A stretch of 64,000 bases of DNA from Botryllus schlosseri (taxonomy: Eukaryota), in the NCBI GenBank assembly GCA_051294905.1, contig CM119371.1, positions 15,006,001 through 15,070,000 of the forward strand. The letters run 5' to 3'. Made by a program: the position numbers and the translations under genes. The first letter of the stretch is position 1. Every line of letters begins with the position of its first letter. A model generated the notes under the pieces. It made no database searches. It was not told where the DNA came from and was given only the letters and a program-made list of their open reading frames with translations. Shown piece by piece: positions 38,000 through 50,705 of the stretch.

Positions 38000-39605
38000 C
38001 AGAGGTCTCAAACTCAAATGTGCTCGCGGGCCAATTCCTACTTTTTCATGGCGCCGCGGGCCGCAGCACCAATAATAGGGGAATTCAATGTATTTCAAAG
38101 TAGGCCTTATTTCCTGGTTTCGAGCATAGGCCTACTCCTGATAACTAGGCTATATTGATCGTGTCATTACCGAAGTCAAATAGAATCAGCGTTTGATTTT
38201 ACCTTCGAATGTTGGAACAGGTCAATAACAACTTAGAACATAATGGATACTGTGTCATCGCAATAGAAATGTGCAATCGCCGAATAATCCGTTGGTGTTA
38301 CAGCTGTAAAGCGTAGGCTACGACTAGTTAAATGCTCGCCACATTAAATTGGCGATAATGACATATATAAAAATACTCAAGATGACACAGGATGTATCCA
38401 ACTATACATCAAAGAGGTAACATAATGCCAATGGTGGTTGCCATACCTACCTGCTTAGATATCTAAATAAGCTACGCAACGCAAGCTACGACCTTTTTGA
38501 TATTTTACCATTTCTCATACCAGTTTTCATAGTTTGTTCATAGTGTCCTGTATGGTTTGGATTAGGCACAAGTAAATCTAACGGCTCAGTGAAATTCGTT
38601 TACGTCACACTTTTCGTTTGGTCAAAGGAAATTTGAGGGAAATTTTTGACCGGCTTGTCTAGCATTAAATCTGATAAAACGGGTATCAATGGGAAGCTAT
38701 CACCGTACTGATTGCGAAAATATAAATTTTATTATGTTCGTGGCCCTGAAACTCCCCAAAATAAGCCCCGAATGTTGCATTGTAGGTGAGTGCATTGTAA
38801 GTGAGTTTGGTATTGTGACCCAACGATGCCGTCTGAGCAGCTCAGGAGCAAATGCGCACGAGAGTGAGAGTGTGAATGCTCAATCGCTTGCGCAACAATG
38901 GCCAATACGCTTTCAGCTTGCGGTGCTCCTCACCTGCTCCCAGACGTCATCGCTGCGTCACAATACCAAACTCACTTACAATGCAACATTCGAAGCTTAT
39001 TTTGGAAAGTTGCATGACCACGAGCATCATAATTTTATATATTCGCAATCAGTACCGCGGTAGCTTTCGATTGATACCTGTTTTATCAAACTTCATGCTC
39101 GGCAAGCCGGTAAAAAATTACCGTCTAATTGCCTTTGACCAAATGGAAAGTGTGCATACCCCAATTTCACTAAGCCGTGAGATTTGCTTGTGTCCACACC
39201 ATATAGGACACAATGGTTTGTTGCGTGCGTGGTTGTACCAAGTCACAAAAGTCCTTCTCTGAGTTTAACGTTTGACGCGACGAGTACGAGTACGAGTAAT
39301 TCTACAGAAGGTCGCGCCCAAGTCCAAATCACAATTTTCAGTCACGAATCATCAACGGGTCATGTTTTACGATCATAAACAAGTAATGTCACGTAGTAGT
39401 TGATCTTCCACTGCGTGGCAACTTTGGAAAGTGATGTATTAGTGAAGTTTTATGAGTAGTTTCAGGCTTCTGGAGTAGTTTTAGAGCGAGTCAAGTTCTC
39501 AAATTTTATAAAATGGAAGTTAAATATTGTCGAATACTTCGAAATCCAAAATGCCGCCGCGGGCCGCACATAATAGTCTCGCGGGCCGCGTGTTTGAGAG
39601 CTCTG
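38000..39605 (+). mobile_element. hAT (Buster-type) non-autonomous element inserted in the transposase
   Basis: TIR CAGAGGTCTCAAAC / GTTTGAGAGCTCTG; TSD CTGTAGAG; inverted relative starts at 62910. Confidence 0.9.
38539..39215. mobile_element. Foldback (near-palindromic) element, P-superfamily-like
   Basis: About 310-bp imperfect inverted arms from CATAGTGTCCT to AGGACACAATG; 7-bp TSD GTTTGTT; empty site with a single AACAAAC at 63344-63350. Confidence 0.8.
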
Positions 39606-40656
39606 CTGTAGAGGTAGACGAGACAACGGATGTCACAAATAAAGCACAGATCTCTGTTATTTTCCGCTATGTAGAAAAAAGGGGATTAGACTGTGAAGTC
39701 AAGGAGGCCTTTTTGGGATTTGATGACGTAAGTGAGGACAGACGAGCCTCTGCGGTAGCTTCGTATGTCTTGGGTGTATTGAAAAAATACAGCTGTGTCG
39801 AAAAGCTAGTAGCTCAGACATATGACGAGGCTGCTGTGATGGCATCAGAGCTTAATGGAGTGCAAGCTAAAATTAAAGAAAAGGTACCAGAGGCCATGTT
39901 CACACACTGCTATGCACACAAGCTTAACCTTGTGCTCCAGCATTCAGCAAAATGTATGCCTGAGAGCAGAGCGTTTTTTAAAACACTTGAGGGACTAGGG
40001 TCATTTTTTAGCAAATCCTCGAAGCGCATCCGTTTATTGGATGAAGTTGTGAAACGGCGCTTACCAAGAGCAGCGTCCACAAGATGGAGGTCAAATTCCC
40101 GCCTGCTACAGACAACAAGCATGTACCAATCTGATCTGCGTGCCGTATTTCGCATCATTATTGAAAATCCTGACAATTGGGATAATGAAACTCAAATGAT
40201 GGCCGCTGGATATTATCGTTGGCTGACAAAAGCATCAACATGCTTTTTAATTATGGCATGAAGACGTATTTTGTGAAACCGATGCGCTTTTTAGAGTGTT
40301 GCAAAACAAGGTCATGGACATTGGCCATTGTTGTGCGCGAATCCAGGACACCATCGAATCTGTTGAACGCATGAGAAGAGAGTTTAATATGATGTACCAG
40401 CGATTTGAACAGAAATGCAGTAGACTTGAACTAATCGATAGCGGAAGAAATCAGTCGGTCAGAGATGAGAGAAAACGAATGTTCTACAGCATTCTGGATA
40501 ACATCCTTGTTCAAATGAAAGCTAGGTTCGATCATTTTGGGGAGCTAACTTTCCTCGGTTTGGTCGACTGTACAAAATTTAATGAGATGTCACGACATTT
40601 TGATGACACCAAACTACAGAGCCTGTCAAAATATGCAAAGTTTTGTGACTTTGTTA

Positions 40657-42687
40657 CAGGGCTGTGGAGTCGGTAAATTTTATCACCGACTCCGGCTCCG
40701 ACTCCGACTCCACACATTTTCAATATACCGACTCCGACTCCGACTCCGACTCCTGAGTCTTTAAACGTACCGACTCCGACTCCGACTCCTGGATCTTTAA
40801 ACGTACCGACTCCGACTCCGACTCCCGACTGCGACTCCAGCATTATTACCAATTTCCTTCGAAAATTATATGCCACATTGTCGGTTGAATGACCACCATA
40901 CAACCATTAAACATATTCAAACATATGATTAATGGTGGCATGCTAAATTGTTTCATTGTGGAACAGCTCTAATTATCCACTATACAATTAACATGAAAGA
41001 AAGATTTGCTAAATATCCTTCCTTTTTCAAGTTTTTGTAACATGGACTCTCTAATATCCTGAAATGTATGAATCATTCAAATATGGCAGATATCCAATCC
41101 TGTATAATAAAAATGTAGATAAAAAATCCATGTGTAGCTCTTGTGTATGAGTCAGCAACTAATAAAGAGATTGAACTGACTAATTTTGTCATTGCACACT
41201 ATCCTGATTACAAGCACACACACTCTTACTACTAATATACATTGGTCATAAATGGAATTTAGTTAAGTAGTCAGAGACCATATAGCCTATGTCTAGTCTA
41301 CATGTACTTAATCAAGTATTCAAGGATTAGGACTTGCAGTCCTTCTTAATCATTTGTTCGACCCAAACAGCTAAGCTACACTACAAGTATTCTTAATTTT
41401 GTCAAGTGGGAAGCATCGTTTGGTCATATTTACATCATCTCTACAATTTTACAAAATCAGTGGATGCATTTGCTCTGTCACAGTATCATGGTATAATTCC
41501 AAAAATTGTATCAATTTTGACTGCATCGCGAAAACGAATATTGCGATTTTCTTCCCATCTGCAACTGAGTTGTAATTTGCAAGTGATGTCAGGGGTGGGC
41601 AACTTTTTCGGCGAAAGGGACACCTGAGATTTACGAACCATTGCGTCTGCAACTGGAATGTTGATAACCTTTTTTTAGTAGTCGATAGGAGCGAACCGAA
41701 TTAGGTAACATTGCAAACAAGACTTATATTAATACGCACCGTGCAGTGTGCAATAAGGCCCTGGTCGCGCTAAGCGCGCAATTTTTTTGCAACGACTGAA
41801 TTGGGCTATATCAAAATATGTCGCTAACATACATTGGGGGTCGCATCAGTATACCACTGGGCTCATTTGGCAAGTACAGGATTATTCGACGATTAGATAG
41901 AGCAAAATCGACGGTATCAGTGAACATGCCTCTATCATTTTGTGCAAATGTTTTGTCGACGATCTCGCTGCGAGTGCACAAGCGAAACCGCATGTTGGAC
42001 GACACGTTATCTCCTAATTGCGAATATAGTTAGAGTCAATTCTGTGAATAATATGTATTTATAATTTTCAGAAGGGGGCTCAAATACTGAATGCAAGATA
42101 TCTAGTGACAATGAATCATGCGAAGTACCGAGAAAAATTTCAAGTCAAATAAATCTGCTATGAAATATTCTACTTTATGGTCATATACGAAGATCTGGGA
42201 TAAATGTGGCTGGCCCCTGGATACGTCAATGCGTCAGAACTGTTGTTTTAGTCATCATCAAATTTCGCGGTCATGCTAATCAAATTTTGGTTGGCCTTGC
42301 AATTGTACCTGATGTCATAAATAATTTTGAGAATTACCTCGCAGGCCACACCTAACCTTCTCCTGTGCCAAATTTGGCCTGCGTGCCACGGGCTGGCCTT
42401 GTCTGTATGGTTATTAATAACAGTGATTGGTGGTATATAAAAATTCTATTGAAAATTCTTTGAAAGTAAATGTTTTCATGATAGAGAAGTTCGAGTCGGA
42501 GTCGAAGTCAGAGTCATTCTCACAAACTCTTACTCCGACTCCAGTCAGTATTTTCCCACCGACTCCGACTCCGACTCCAGCTATTATAGTTTTCACGACT
42601 CCGACTCCGACTCCGACTCCATCAAGCAAAAATTACCCCGACTCCGACTCCGACTCCACCGACTCCGACTCCGACTCCACAGCCCTG
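40657..42687 (+). mobile_element. hAT non-autonomous element with (CCGACT)n subterminal arrays
   Basis: TIR CAGGGCTGTGGAGTCGG / CCGACTCCACAGCCCTG; TSD CTTTGTTA. Confidence 0.93.
41590..42401 (-). mobile_element. Degenerate hAT MITE nested in 40657-42687, related to 44855-45554
   Basis: Starts CAGGGGTGGGCAAC; interior GCATGTTGGACGACAC and TTTGGTTGGCC match the reverse complement of 44855-45554; no TSD readable. Confidence 0.6.
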
Positions 42688-43720
42688 CTTTGTTAGACTA
42701 AAGACTGACCTCATCGGACTGTACAGCTCGCAAACATTGAGGAATGAGTGCAAATCTCCAGGAGAGCTTCTGAGATTTTTAACCCAGAAAGATCTGCTTC
42801 AGACGGTTCCAGATGCCACAACGTTGCTCCAACTGGTGCTAACTGTGCCAGCTACTACAGCGTCAGTGGAAAGGTCTTTCTCTGCGTTAAAAAGACTCAA
42901 GACATACAGTCGAAATAGGACCGATTCAGGGCGACTTTCCTCTTTGGCCCTAATCTCAATTGAGGCGAAGAGACTTTTGAAACTGAAGGAGAACAAGGAG
43001 GACTTTTACAACGAAGTCACAGAAATTTTTGTGGCAAAGGATAGGCGCATTGACTTTATTTACAAATAATGTCCACAAACAGTGTCCGTTCCAATCCTTG
43101 AGACAATGTAATACCGAAATTAAGTTCTTGAATAATATTTCTTGTGTTTCTTTTCATACTTTTCGTTGAGTAATCTGTAATAAATCGATTAAAACTAAAT
43201 ATTTCACGTGCGTGCGTGTTTGTGTGTGTGTGGGGGGGGTCCGTGCCTCCCCAACCACGAACCTAACCGCACGCTACTGCTAGAAATAGATGCAGTTTAT
43301 CACGTAGTCACGTAGTGTAACTGGCAGTCGAATGAAAAGGGCACATGTGAGTTCCCACATTTATTATGTGTGGTGTGATAGTAATTGATTATGCGATTCA
43401 CACTCTGTCGCAGTAATCAGATACATGAATGAGAACGTGAGCCGCTCAGACAACCTCACAGCCAGCCTTGCCCTAAGGAAAGGCGCAATCATCAATCTCG
43501 AGTCTGGGCTACGCCCATATTCGAGTTCGCTTCATGCTCAGGCCGGGAAGTTCCGTCTCTTCATCGCGGGGCTCGGATTCGCAATTTAGAACAATCACGA
43601 TCAAGATACACACTATAGAAATGATCCCTAAAAGTATGATCTTAGTTTTTGAGTCCAGTCACGCGGTCATACTCGAAAAATTATATATAGCTTTAATGGT
43701 GAGCAGAGCAGAGCATCGCA

Positions 43721-43742
43721 TCTCTCTCTCTCTCTCTCTCTC
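43721..43742 (+). repeat. (TC)11 microsatellite
   Basis: Direct reading. Confidence 0.9.
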
Positions 43743-44384
43743 CACCCGTCTACCTTTCTTTGCGGCCCACATGCGGATCGCTAATTTCAGTCTCTAATCT
43801 AGGAGAGTTGAGACTGCTCTTGCATACGGATGGTAATGTGAATTTTATCGCCCAACACGAATTTCTGCTAAGCGTGTGATTATAAGTCTGAATGATAGAC
43901 GAACGGGGCTACCTACGGGATGACACATGTATATTAGGGTTATGACTAGAAATAAAATTCAAAATTTTGTGTGTCCTGTAGTCACAAACGATGAACTTTT
44001 GTGTCCTGATTTCAAAATTAACAAAAGTTAAGACTGGTTTAACAAAAACCTCCCGCACAGAAATTTTCCAGTTTTCACTGTATGAATGATAGGCTTTTTT
44101 GTAGATACAGACTATATAATGATTATACCGACTTATTTGAGTTTAACTGACACAAGTCCAATTGCGAAGATTTAAAATAGTATTTTGGTAAATTGTGATT
44201 GCCCAGATTGAATTAATCCGATCGTTTTCTTGCTTACATACAAAATTAAATATGTAATAAATAGTTATTAATTTCGATTTTAGATGTAGACTGTATATAT
44301 CGTATAATTTCAATTTGTCTGACACAAATTCAACTGGCTGTTCGAAAAGGCGAAAGTAGAACAACTCAACATATTTTCAGCGGT

Positions 44385-44721
44385 CTAGAAAACCGATTCA
44401 AGGAATATATGATAAAAATTTGAAAATGCCATATCATATGTGATTCTCGAACAGGCTGTCCCAGCTGATCACAACATATTGCAAAAAGAATCAGAAAAAC
44501 ACTCCAAGTACGCAGACCTCAAAATGGAATGTGAGAAAATGTGGTGATGCAAAATAAACATTGTACCGATAGTCATTGGCGCTACAGGGGTCGTAAGCAA
44601 AAAACTCATGAGACATATCCAACAAATTCCGGATAACGTTCGATTCGACATGATCCAAAAGATCACATTATTGGGCACTGTGCACATTCTTCGGAGGGCC
44701 TTGAATGCAGCGCTGGACTAA
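44385..44721 (+). pseudogene. R4/Dong-like (restriction-like endonuclease) LINE C-terminal fragment
   Basis: Reads VILEQAVPADHNILQKESEKHSKYADLKMECEKMW*CKINIVPIVIGATG...IQKITLLGTVHILRRAL, a typical RLE C-terminus; absent from the ORF track. Confidence 0.75.
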
Positions 44722-44854
44722 AATTACACTTGTGAATCACAGCATAATTTCTGTAATTTCGATTCTTCATTTTCAATCATCTCTACCTCTGCTCTGTAAC
44801 CCTTGCCAATTCTTCATCCACTGCAATTCTGTAATCTGACTTCTCCATGTATTG

Positions 44855-45554
44855 CAGGGCCGGCCAACCCGTGGCCCGCGAGAAGGTTTTAAGTGGCCCG
44901 CGAGGTGATTTTAGAAGTTAGTAATATTACCAATAATGGATTGCCCAGATTGTGAACTTAAATGGCCAACCAAAAATTTGATTAGTCTGGCCGAAACACT
45001 TGGGATTTGACGACTGAAATATCGGTACCGACGCATTGGCAGATCCATGGGCCAGTCAAATTTTGCTAGATCTTCGTACATTACAATAAAGCAGAATATT
45101 CTGCGGTATATTTATCTAAAGTGATTTTTTCACGCTTCACGCAATATGTTGTCGCTCGATTTCTTGCCTTTAATATTATCACCCCCTCCTGAAAATGAAA
45201 GAGCGCCTAATGTACCATATTAAGTCTAATTATGATCGCGATTACGAGAGAAAGTATCGTCCAACATGCGACCTTGCGTTTGCGCTCGCAGAAAGACCGT
45301 CGACGATGAAACATAGGCGTAAAATGATTGACGCATGTTGGCCGAAGCTTTCGATGTCGATATGTGCCGGCGCCGAATAGTCCAGTTCTTGCAAACCGAG
45401 CCCAGCAATATACAGCAGACCCGCAATATACTCAAGCAACAATAATATCGACGTATAGACTTTTAAAAATTTTCGCAATTCGCGCGGCTAGTGGTCCGCG
45501 AGATGGTTCGTCAATGAAATGTGGCCCTTTGGCCGAAAAGGTTGGCCACCCCTG
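44855..45554 (+). mobile_element. hAT (Buster-type) MITE
   Basis: TIR CAGGGCCGGCCAACC / GGTTGGCCACCCCTG; TSD ATGTATTG. Confidence 0.9.
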
Positions 45555-45889
45555 ATGTATTGCATAGGAATAACAATTTGACTGTATTACTGAAATTTTA
45601 AAAATTTACTAAAATCTCGCCATTTTCCTTTTGGGGCAGGTTGCTTCCCGGATTATGTGTGTATTTACCAGCTCTACTGTGAATAAAGAATATACTAATG
45701 CAGCTTATAAACCTCTAAAACAGTGGCCCATACGATGAGATAAGTTGGCACTTGGCATAATTCTATGCTCACCCCCATCTAAAAATAGTACATTAAACGC
45801 TCTCTGTTTCGAAATTTCATGCTGGTGAGGTCATATTTAGTGATGCGATTGTTTTTGTACAATGTTCGTTCCGATTCTCTACTATAGTT

Positions 45890-45929
45890 GCTGACGATTA
45901 CCCCCGACGAGTGTCAGCTGAAAATATTT
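45890..45929 (+). other. Degenerate second copy of the hammerhead-like motif at 6057-6101
   Basis: GCTGAC-17nt-GTCAGC-T-GAAA-ATAT-T with the same spacing; core CCGACGA and stem I decayed. Confidence 0.4.
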
Positions 45930-46067
45930 TGATTCTTTTTAACATTAATATATTTAATCACCTTGCTTTAGCCGTGATCTGGCGTTAGCCCTGACAGGGC
46001 ATGGTACGGTATGGAATGGAATGAGAATCCCAATCGTTCCATACCATACTTGACGATTTTCCATACC

Positions 46068-47073
46068 CAGGGCCGTAACAGCACTTCGTCAGCCCCCCCC
46101 CCCCAAAAAAAACGTTGGTCTTGGGCCCCCCAAAGGGTGATAAACCGGACCTCCCCCCAGACCCCCCTGTGGATACCAGCTATTTGCCGCTACTTGTCAT
46201 CAACATTGGATCTCGGTTTAGTGGGTCAGTTGTTCTCGCCTAGACGCGCCAAGCGCGCAAAAATTTCAAGAAATCATGATTGAATCAGTAGGTATCATCG
46301 GGAATTACATATATATTGCTATCAATTTTTACCCCCTCTCTGCTCACGTAATCAGGTTTACCGGTAGAGCTGAGTGAGGTGTTTGGGAACCTGTAGGGCC
46401 CGTAAATAGTAATTAAACATCTTCGGGCGGGTAGACCCGTTGGTATGACTTCGTTACATGGTGTTATTTCGTGACCTCCTGTCTGCTATATCAAAAAATA
46501 TAGAATCGGCCAAACGTACTAAACTAAAAGACGCACACGATTTCAAATTGGTATTTCTTCACTGGCGTATAATTTTCCCTGCGGGATGGAATTCGTCTTC
46601 TGAGGTTCAGATTGCCAAGACAGAAACATTCGGCGCCAGTCATTTAGGCGCATATGGACAATTAAACCTATATGTAGGCTATTTTGTATATATAGCGAAG
46701 TTTTCGGTCAGCGTTAGGGCAGTCCTTTTCGGCCAAGGTTTCCGCGCTGCCGATCGTTCTGGTACACTTCTTGGAGTCGCATGTAATATGTCCTAAATCG
46801 TTATATGTCTTGGTACGTCGTGTCGCGGTATTGGCCAACGTCGATATATCCATTTTTATAAATGTTGCGTGTTTTTTTCTTGGGGAAGAGTACCAAATAA
46901 TCAAGATATCTGCCACCATAAAATCGCGCGTAGCGCGAAAATATTTTTAAAAGTTGCATCAATTTTCAAAAAATACTCTTTAATTTACGCTCATTCACGA
47001 AATAATTTTGGGCCCCCTTCGAGCTCGGGCCCCCCGCAATTGGGGGGTTTGGGGTGCGGCAGTTACGGTCCTG
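46068..47073 (+). mobile_element. hAT MITE
   Basis: TIR CAGGGCCGTAAC / GTTACGGTCCTG; TSD TCCATACC. Confidence 0.9.
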
Positions 47074-47455
47074 TCCATACCATACCAACATTCTTCCATA
47101 CCATATTTGATACTTTTTCCATACTTTCGCAACTTGACCATACTCTCAAGTTATATTATATTTTTGATGTGTGGAAATGTTCCGGAGTATATATTCTAAT
47201 TATTTTGGATGAGATTATTTATTTAAACAGTCCTGATGCACCAATGATATCCCAGTTTCTTTATATCATATTTCATCAGCGATGTAGGAACGTATGATGT
47301 ATAAGCCTATGCACACTGGATTATTTGGAAATCACAACAGAATCTCACGACATGTAAATCTAGTGTGGTAACGCACTGCCTGCATAACCTCATCTACAGA
47401 ATTACATAAAACAAAGGTATTGTCAAATTATAAGATAGGTTCGAAACCTTTATAC

Positions 47456-47741
47456 CAGTGGTTCTCAACCTTTTTTTAGACACGCCCCCCTTTATGATAG
47501 TAAAAAATTTCGCGTCCCCTTATCGTCATATCACAAAATCAACCCCAACAGATTGTTTGATGGCTGTTGATGAGAGAATTAAAACATGTGAAATTCGGTC
47601 GTTATATAGAGAAACATGCATGAATTGGAGGTAAATCGCGCAGAACGCGAAATTTTTTTCAGTTGACCGCTTGATCGCGCCCCCTTCAGATGCTTTCACG
47701 TCCCCCAAGGGGGGAGGCGCCCTCCAGGTTGAGAACCACTG
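47456..47741 (+). mobile_element. Small hAT (Buster-type) MITE
   Basis: TIR CAGTGGTTCTCAACC / GGTTGAGAACCACTG; TSD CTTTATAC. Confidence 0.92.
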
Positions 47742-49398
47742 CTTTATACACTTTAAATTTTTTCCTCCAATACAATTTGATATAAGGCTTTCTTTCGCAA
47801 AGACTTGCTATTGGTGAAAGTCAAGACCCCCAGAATGGAACAGCACGCATTGAAATTATTGCGCAGTGAACTGGTAACCATACACGCAATGGTGCGCCTC
47901 CTTAGAATTGATATGTGAGGTAAGCCCACATTTAGGAAGAGTTTGAAATTTTTCCAAATGTACCAAGGTAGCATCAATTAACATGTGTAAATGCCGAATA
48001 CATTGCATGGGTCAGATAAACTTCCTGGTGTTGACGAACTGATGTGTATGGTAGATATAAGCCACCTGTCGCATCCCCATTGGTTGAAAACACCTGCATT
48101 GGGATATATCTTTAAATAAATTTTACATCAGTACAATCATTTTGCGACAGCTAATCAAATGTCTATTTTCTACGCCAATCTGTGGGTCACACTCGTTAGC
48201 TTCATTAGCCAACATCAAGATGTCCGCTGTCCATTATATCAGAAATAACCAGATTTCATGAAGTTACAATGTGTGTTGTAGGCCTACATATCGTAAAGTC
48301 GCTTCAAGACAAGCTACATATTTTTGAATTACAATGATGATTCTCTCAAATAGATATTGCGTGATGATCATCCTCCCAAAGCGCAGAAAATTAACAAATT
48401 GATAATTAATAATATTGATGTAACTTCTACATTCTCAGAGTCTACGATTTAGAACTACATTGGTTATTTACGTAGTGGAAGTTACGATAAGCGAAATGCA
48501 ATTGTAACGCGACAGTGGTCGAATATCATTCATTTTTATGATATTTAAATCGGAATAATTTTATCAATAATATTGTTCTCATTCATATGCGCGGCGCGAA
48601 ATTGGTTGTCTTCAAATAGATGTCGACGGGATGGGTGAGTCATGAATCACAATTTGAGATATGAACAATGAACATAGACAATGAACGATTTTATGTGGTA
48701 TACAAACAATTTGACAAATCGAAAGTAGGATTACTGTCATGGTTCTGGCAAAACTGTTAAAGTATGGAAAAGTATGGAAGTATGGAAAACACATTCCATA
48801 CCATACTTGGGAAATTTCCATACTATACCATACTTGCACTCTTCCATATTCCATACCGACATTTCGTTCCATACCATACCACACTTCCATACCACACCAT
48901 GCCCTGAGCATGCGTTGTGAAGACTACAAGAGTTTTAACTGTAACCACAGACGTCGAAATGTATTTTTATATTAATAAATCACGGTTAGAGTTTCTCTGA
49001 AGTCCGGGGACTTTTTTAGTCGTAAGTGACACAGCAGTGCAACCACATAAATTTCAATATATTTCTATGTGCCAAATATAATCTCCATGTAAACTGCCTT
49101 TCACGGTTCCGCATTGGCGTTTTCGCTTCTGTGAATAACTACTTTTTGTTCCATTTCCCCATAAAATCATGTGCATGTATTATCATTCTCGACATTAGGC
49201 GTCAATATCACTGAGATGTCCCTATAGTCACAACAAAAGAATCAAAACACCGCAGTCGTGTGGCTATAAAATGTGGCCATGGACATTGCAAATGCTCGAC
49301 TCGACATTCGCAGTTTTGCGGGATTATTCATTGAAATTATCTACTATAAAAAACTTGAACATTTCTTGGATGCGAGCCGTATGTTTGACTCCCCTGCT

Positions 49399-50705
49399 CT
49401 AGGCCCTCGGGAACATAGAGAAATCTTGGTCAAAATGGAATTTAAATACCCCAAAATCTCGAAATATGCCAATATCTCCTAAACTACATTAGACAGGAAT
49501 AAGCCGATACGCTCATTCGATGTAACTCTTGGAGTCATGCAATCTGATACCAGAGTTGTAGTTCTAGGCCCTCGGGAACATAGAGAAATCCTGGTCAAAA
49601 TGTAAGTTACATACCCACAAAATTTCGAAATATGCCAATATCCAGTGTTGGGATGACTCGAGTCATGACTTGAGTCGAGTCAGACTCGAGTCATTTTTCG
49701 TATGACTTGACTTGACTCGAGTCACTTTGCTAAAATGACTTGACTTGACTTGACTCGGCGCATCAGAAATGTGGATTGACTCGTGACTCGGAGCAATATT
49801 CACGAGTCAATTTCAAGTCATCAAGTAATCAGTGTCGATAAAAATCACTGTGTCTTGCATATGTTCGGATTGTTCGCGCAACGCTGGTGTAACCCGTGAG
49901 AGCTACCAATCATTCAATGCTCGTGCGTTTTACTGAGCCTCCATTGTTCTCTCACAAATATATTGATCGCAAACGAAGTGATCGAAGCTTACAGCCTACG
50001 CTGTCGTAAACTATAGTATAGTAAGGTAATTTAATAGCAAAATGTCTATTTCTGTTCTGCGATCTTAACTTGACCAAACCTCTTGTTTTGTTGAAATTGA
50101 ATTCGAAATACATAGTCCTCAACCATTGGCGCAGGGTCGTATTGTATCATATCAATATGCAAAAGGGTAATGTATATTGCATCTTATCAATGCGTTTCTC
50201 TATTTTGGCTGGTAACTATTAACTGAGGCTGTGCAATTACTTACGTACTTTATTAGGTCTACTTGTATCTGAGCGATACAGCGCCTTACTTGGGTGTACA
50301 CTGTACATTTACCTCTATATATTCGTTCATCGGTTCAAAATCAATGACCACTCAATCTGTATTTCAGACAGCTTGCAAAATACAATGACGTAATCACTCC
50401 TCATACCTCGAAAAGGCAATTTGACTTGAATCGTGACTTGACTCGTGACTTGACTTGACTTGACTCGACTTGACTCGAGTCACCTCCAAAATGCGACTGA
50501 CTTGACTTGACTCGAGTCACCTTCGAAAATCGATTGACTTGACTTGACTCGAGTCAAAATGTGCAATGACTCGAAATGACTCGTGACTCGAAGGTAATGA
50601 CTTGATCCCAACACTGGCAATATCTCCTAAAGTACAATAGCCAAGAATAAGCCGATACGCTCCTTCGGTGTAAATCTTGGAGTTATGCAATCTGATACCA
50701 GAGTT
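49399..50705 (+). repeat. Two ~165-bp tandem units, the second interrupted by MITE family B
   Basis: CTAGGCCCTCGGGAACATAGAGAAATC at 49399 and 49564; both end ATGCAATCTGATACCAGAGTT. Confidence 0.88.
49643..50616 (-). mobile_element. hAT MITE family B, full inverted copy
   Basis: TIR CAGTGTTGGGAT; TSD CCAATATC / GCAATATC (7/8); reverse complement of 15571-16527. Confidence 0.92.

Larger units (their letters stand above)
37760..43069 (+). pseudogene. hAT transposase pseudogene in three segments (37760-37999, 39614-40656, 42696-43069)
   Basis: AFRGNNE..NRGNYVELL..QNDLI; FVAVE|VDETTD..QISVIFRYV; HCYAHKLNLVL; STRW; frameshift ~40260; C-terminal VPATTASVERSFSALKRLKTYSRN..RLSSLALISIE. Confidence 0.92.
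37700..43279 (+). mobile_element. hAT DNA transposon (ZMYM1/Tip100-like transposase) interrupted by two large inserts; left end not found
   Basis: Right TIR CCGCACGCTACTG ends at 43279; transposase segments described in the next feature. Confidence 0.75.
45995..48906 (-). mobile_element. hAT element with TCCATAC subterminal arrays, transposase remnant and two nested MITEs
   Basis: TIR CAGGGCATGGT / ACCATGCCCTG; minus ORF 47753-47977 (WK..LPHISILRRRTIACMVTSS) resembles a decayed hAT dimerisation domain; TSD does not match. Confidence 0.65.

Noticed and set aside
40532..42696. GVGVGV / TPTPTP / DSDSDS ORFs as proteins
   Set aside because: Translations of (CCGACT)n transposon subterminal repeats
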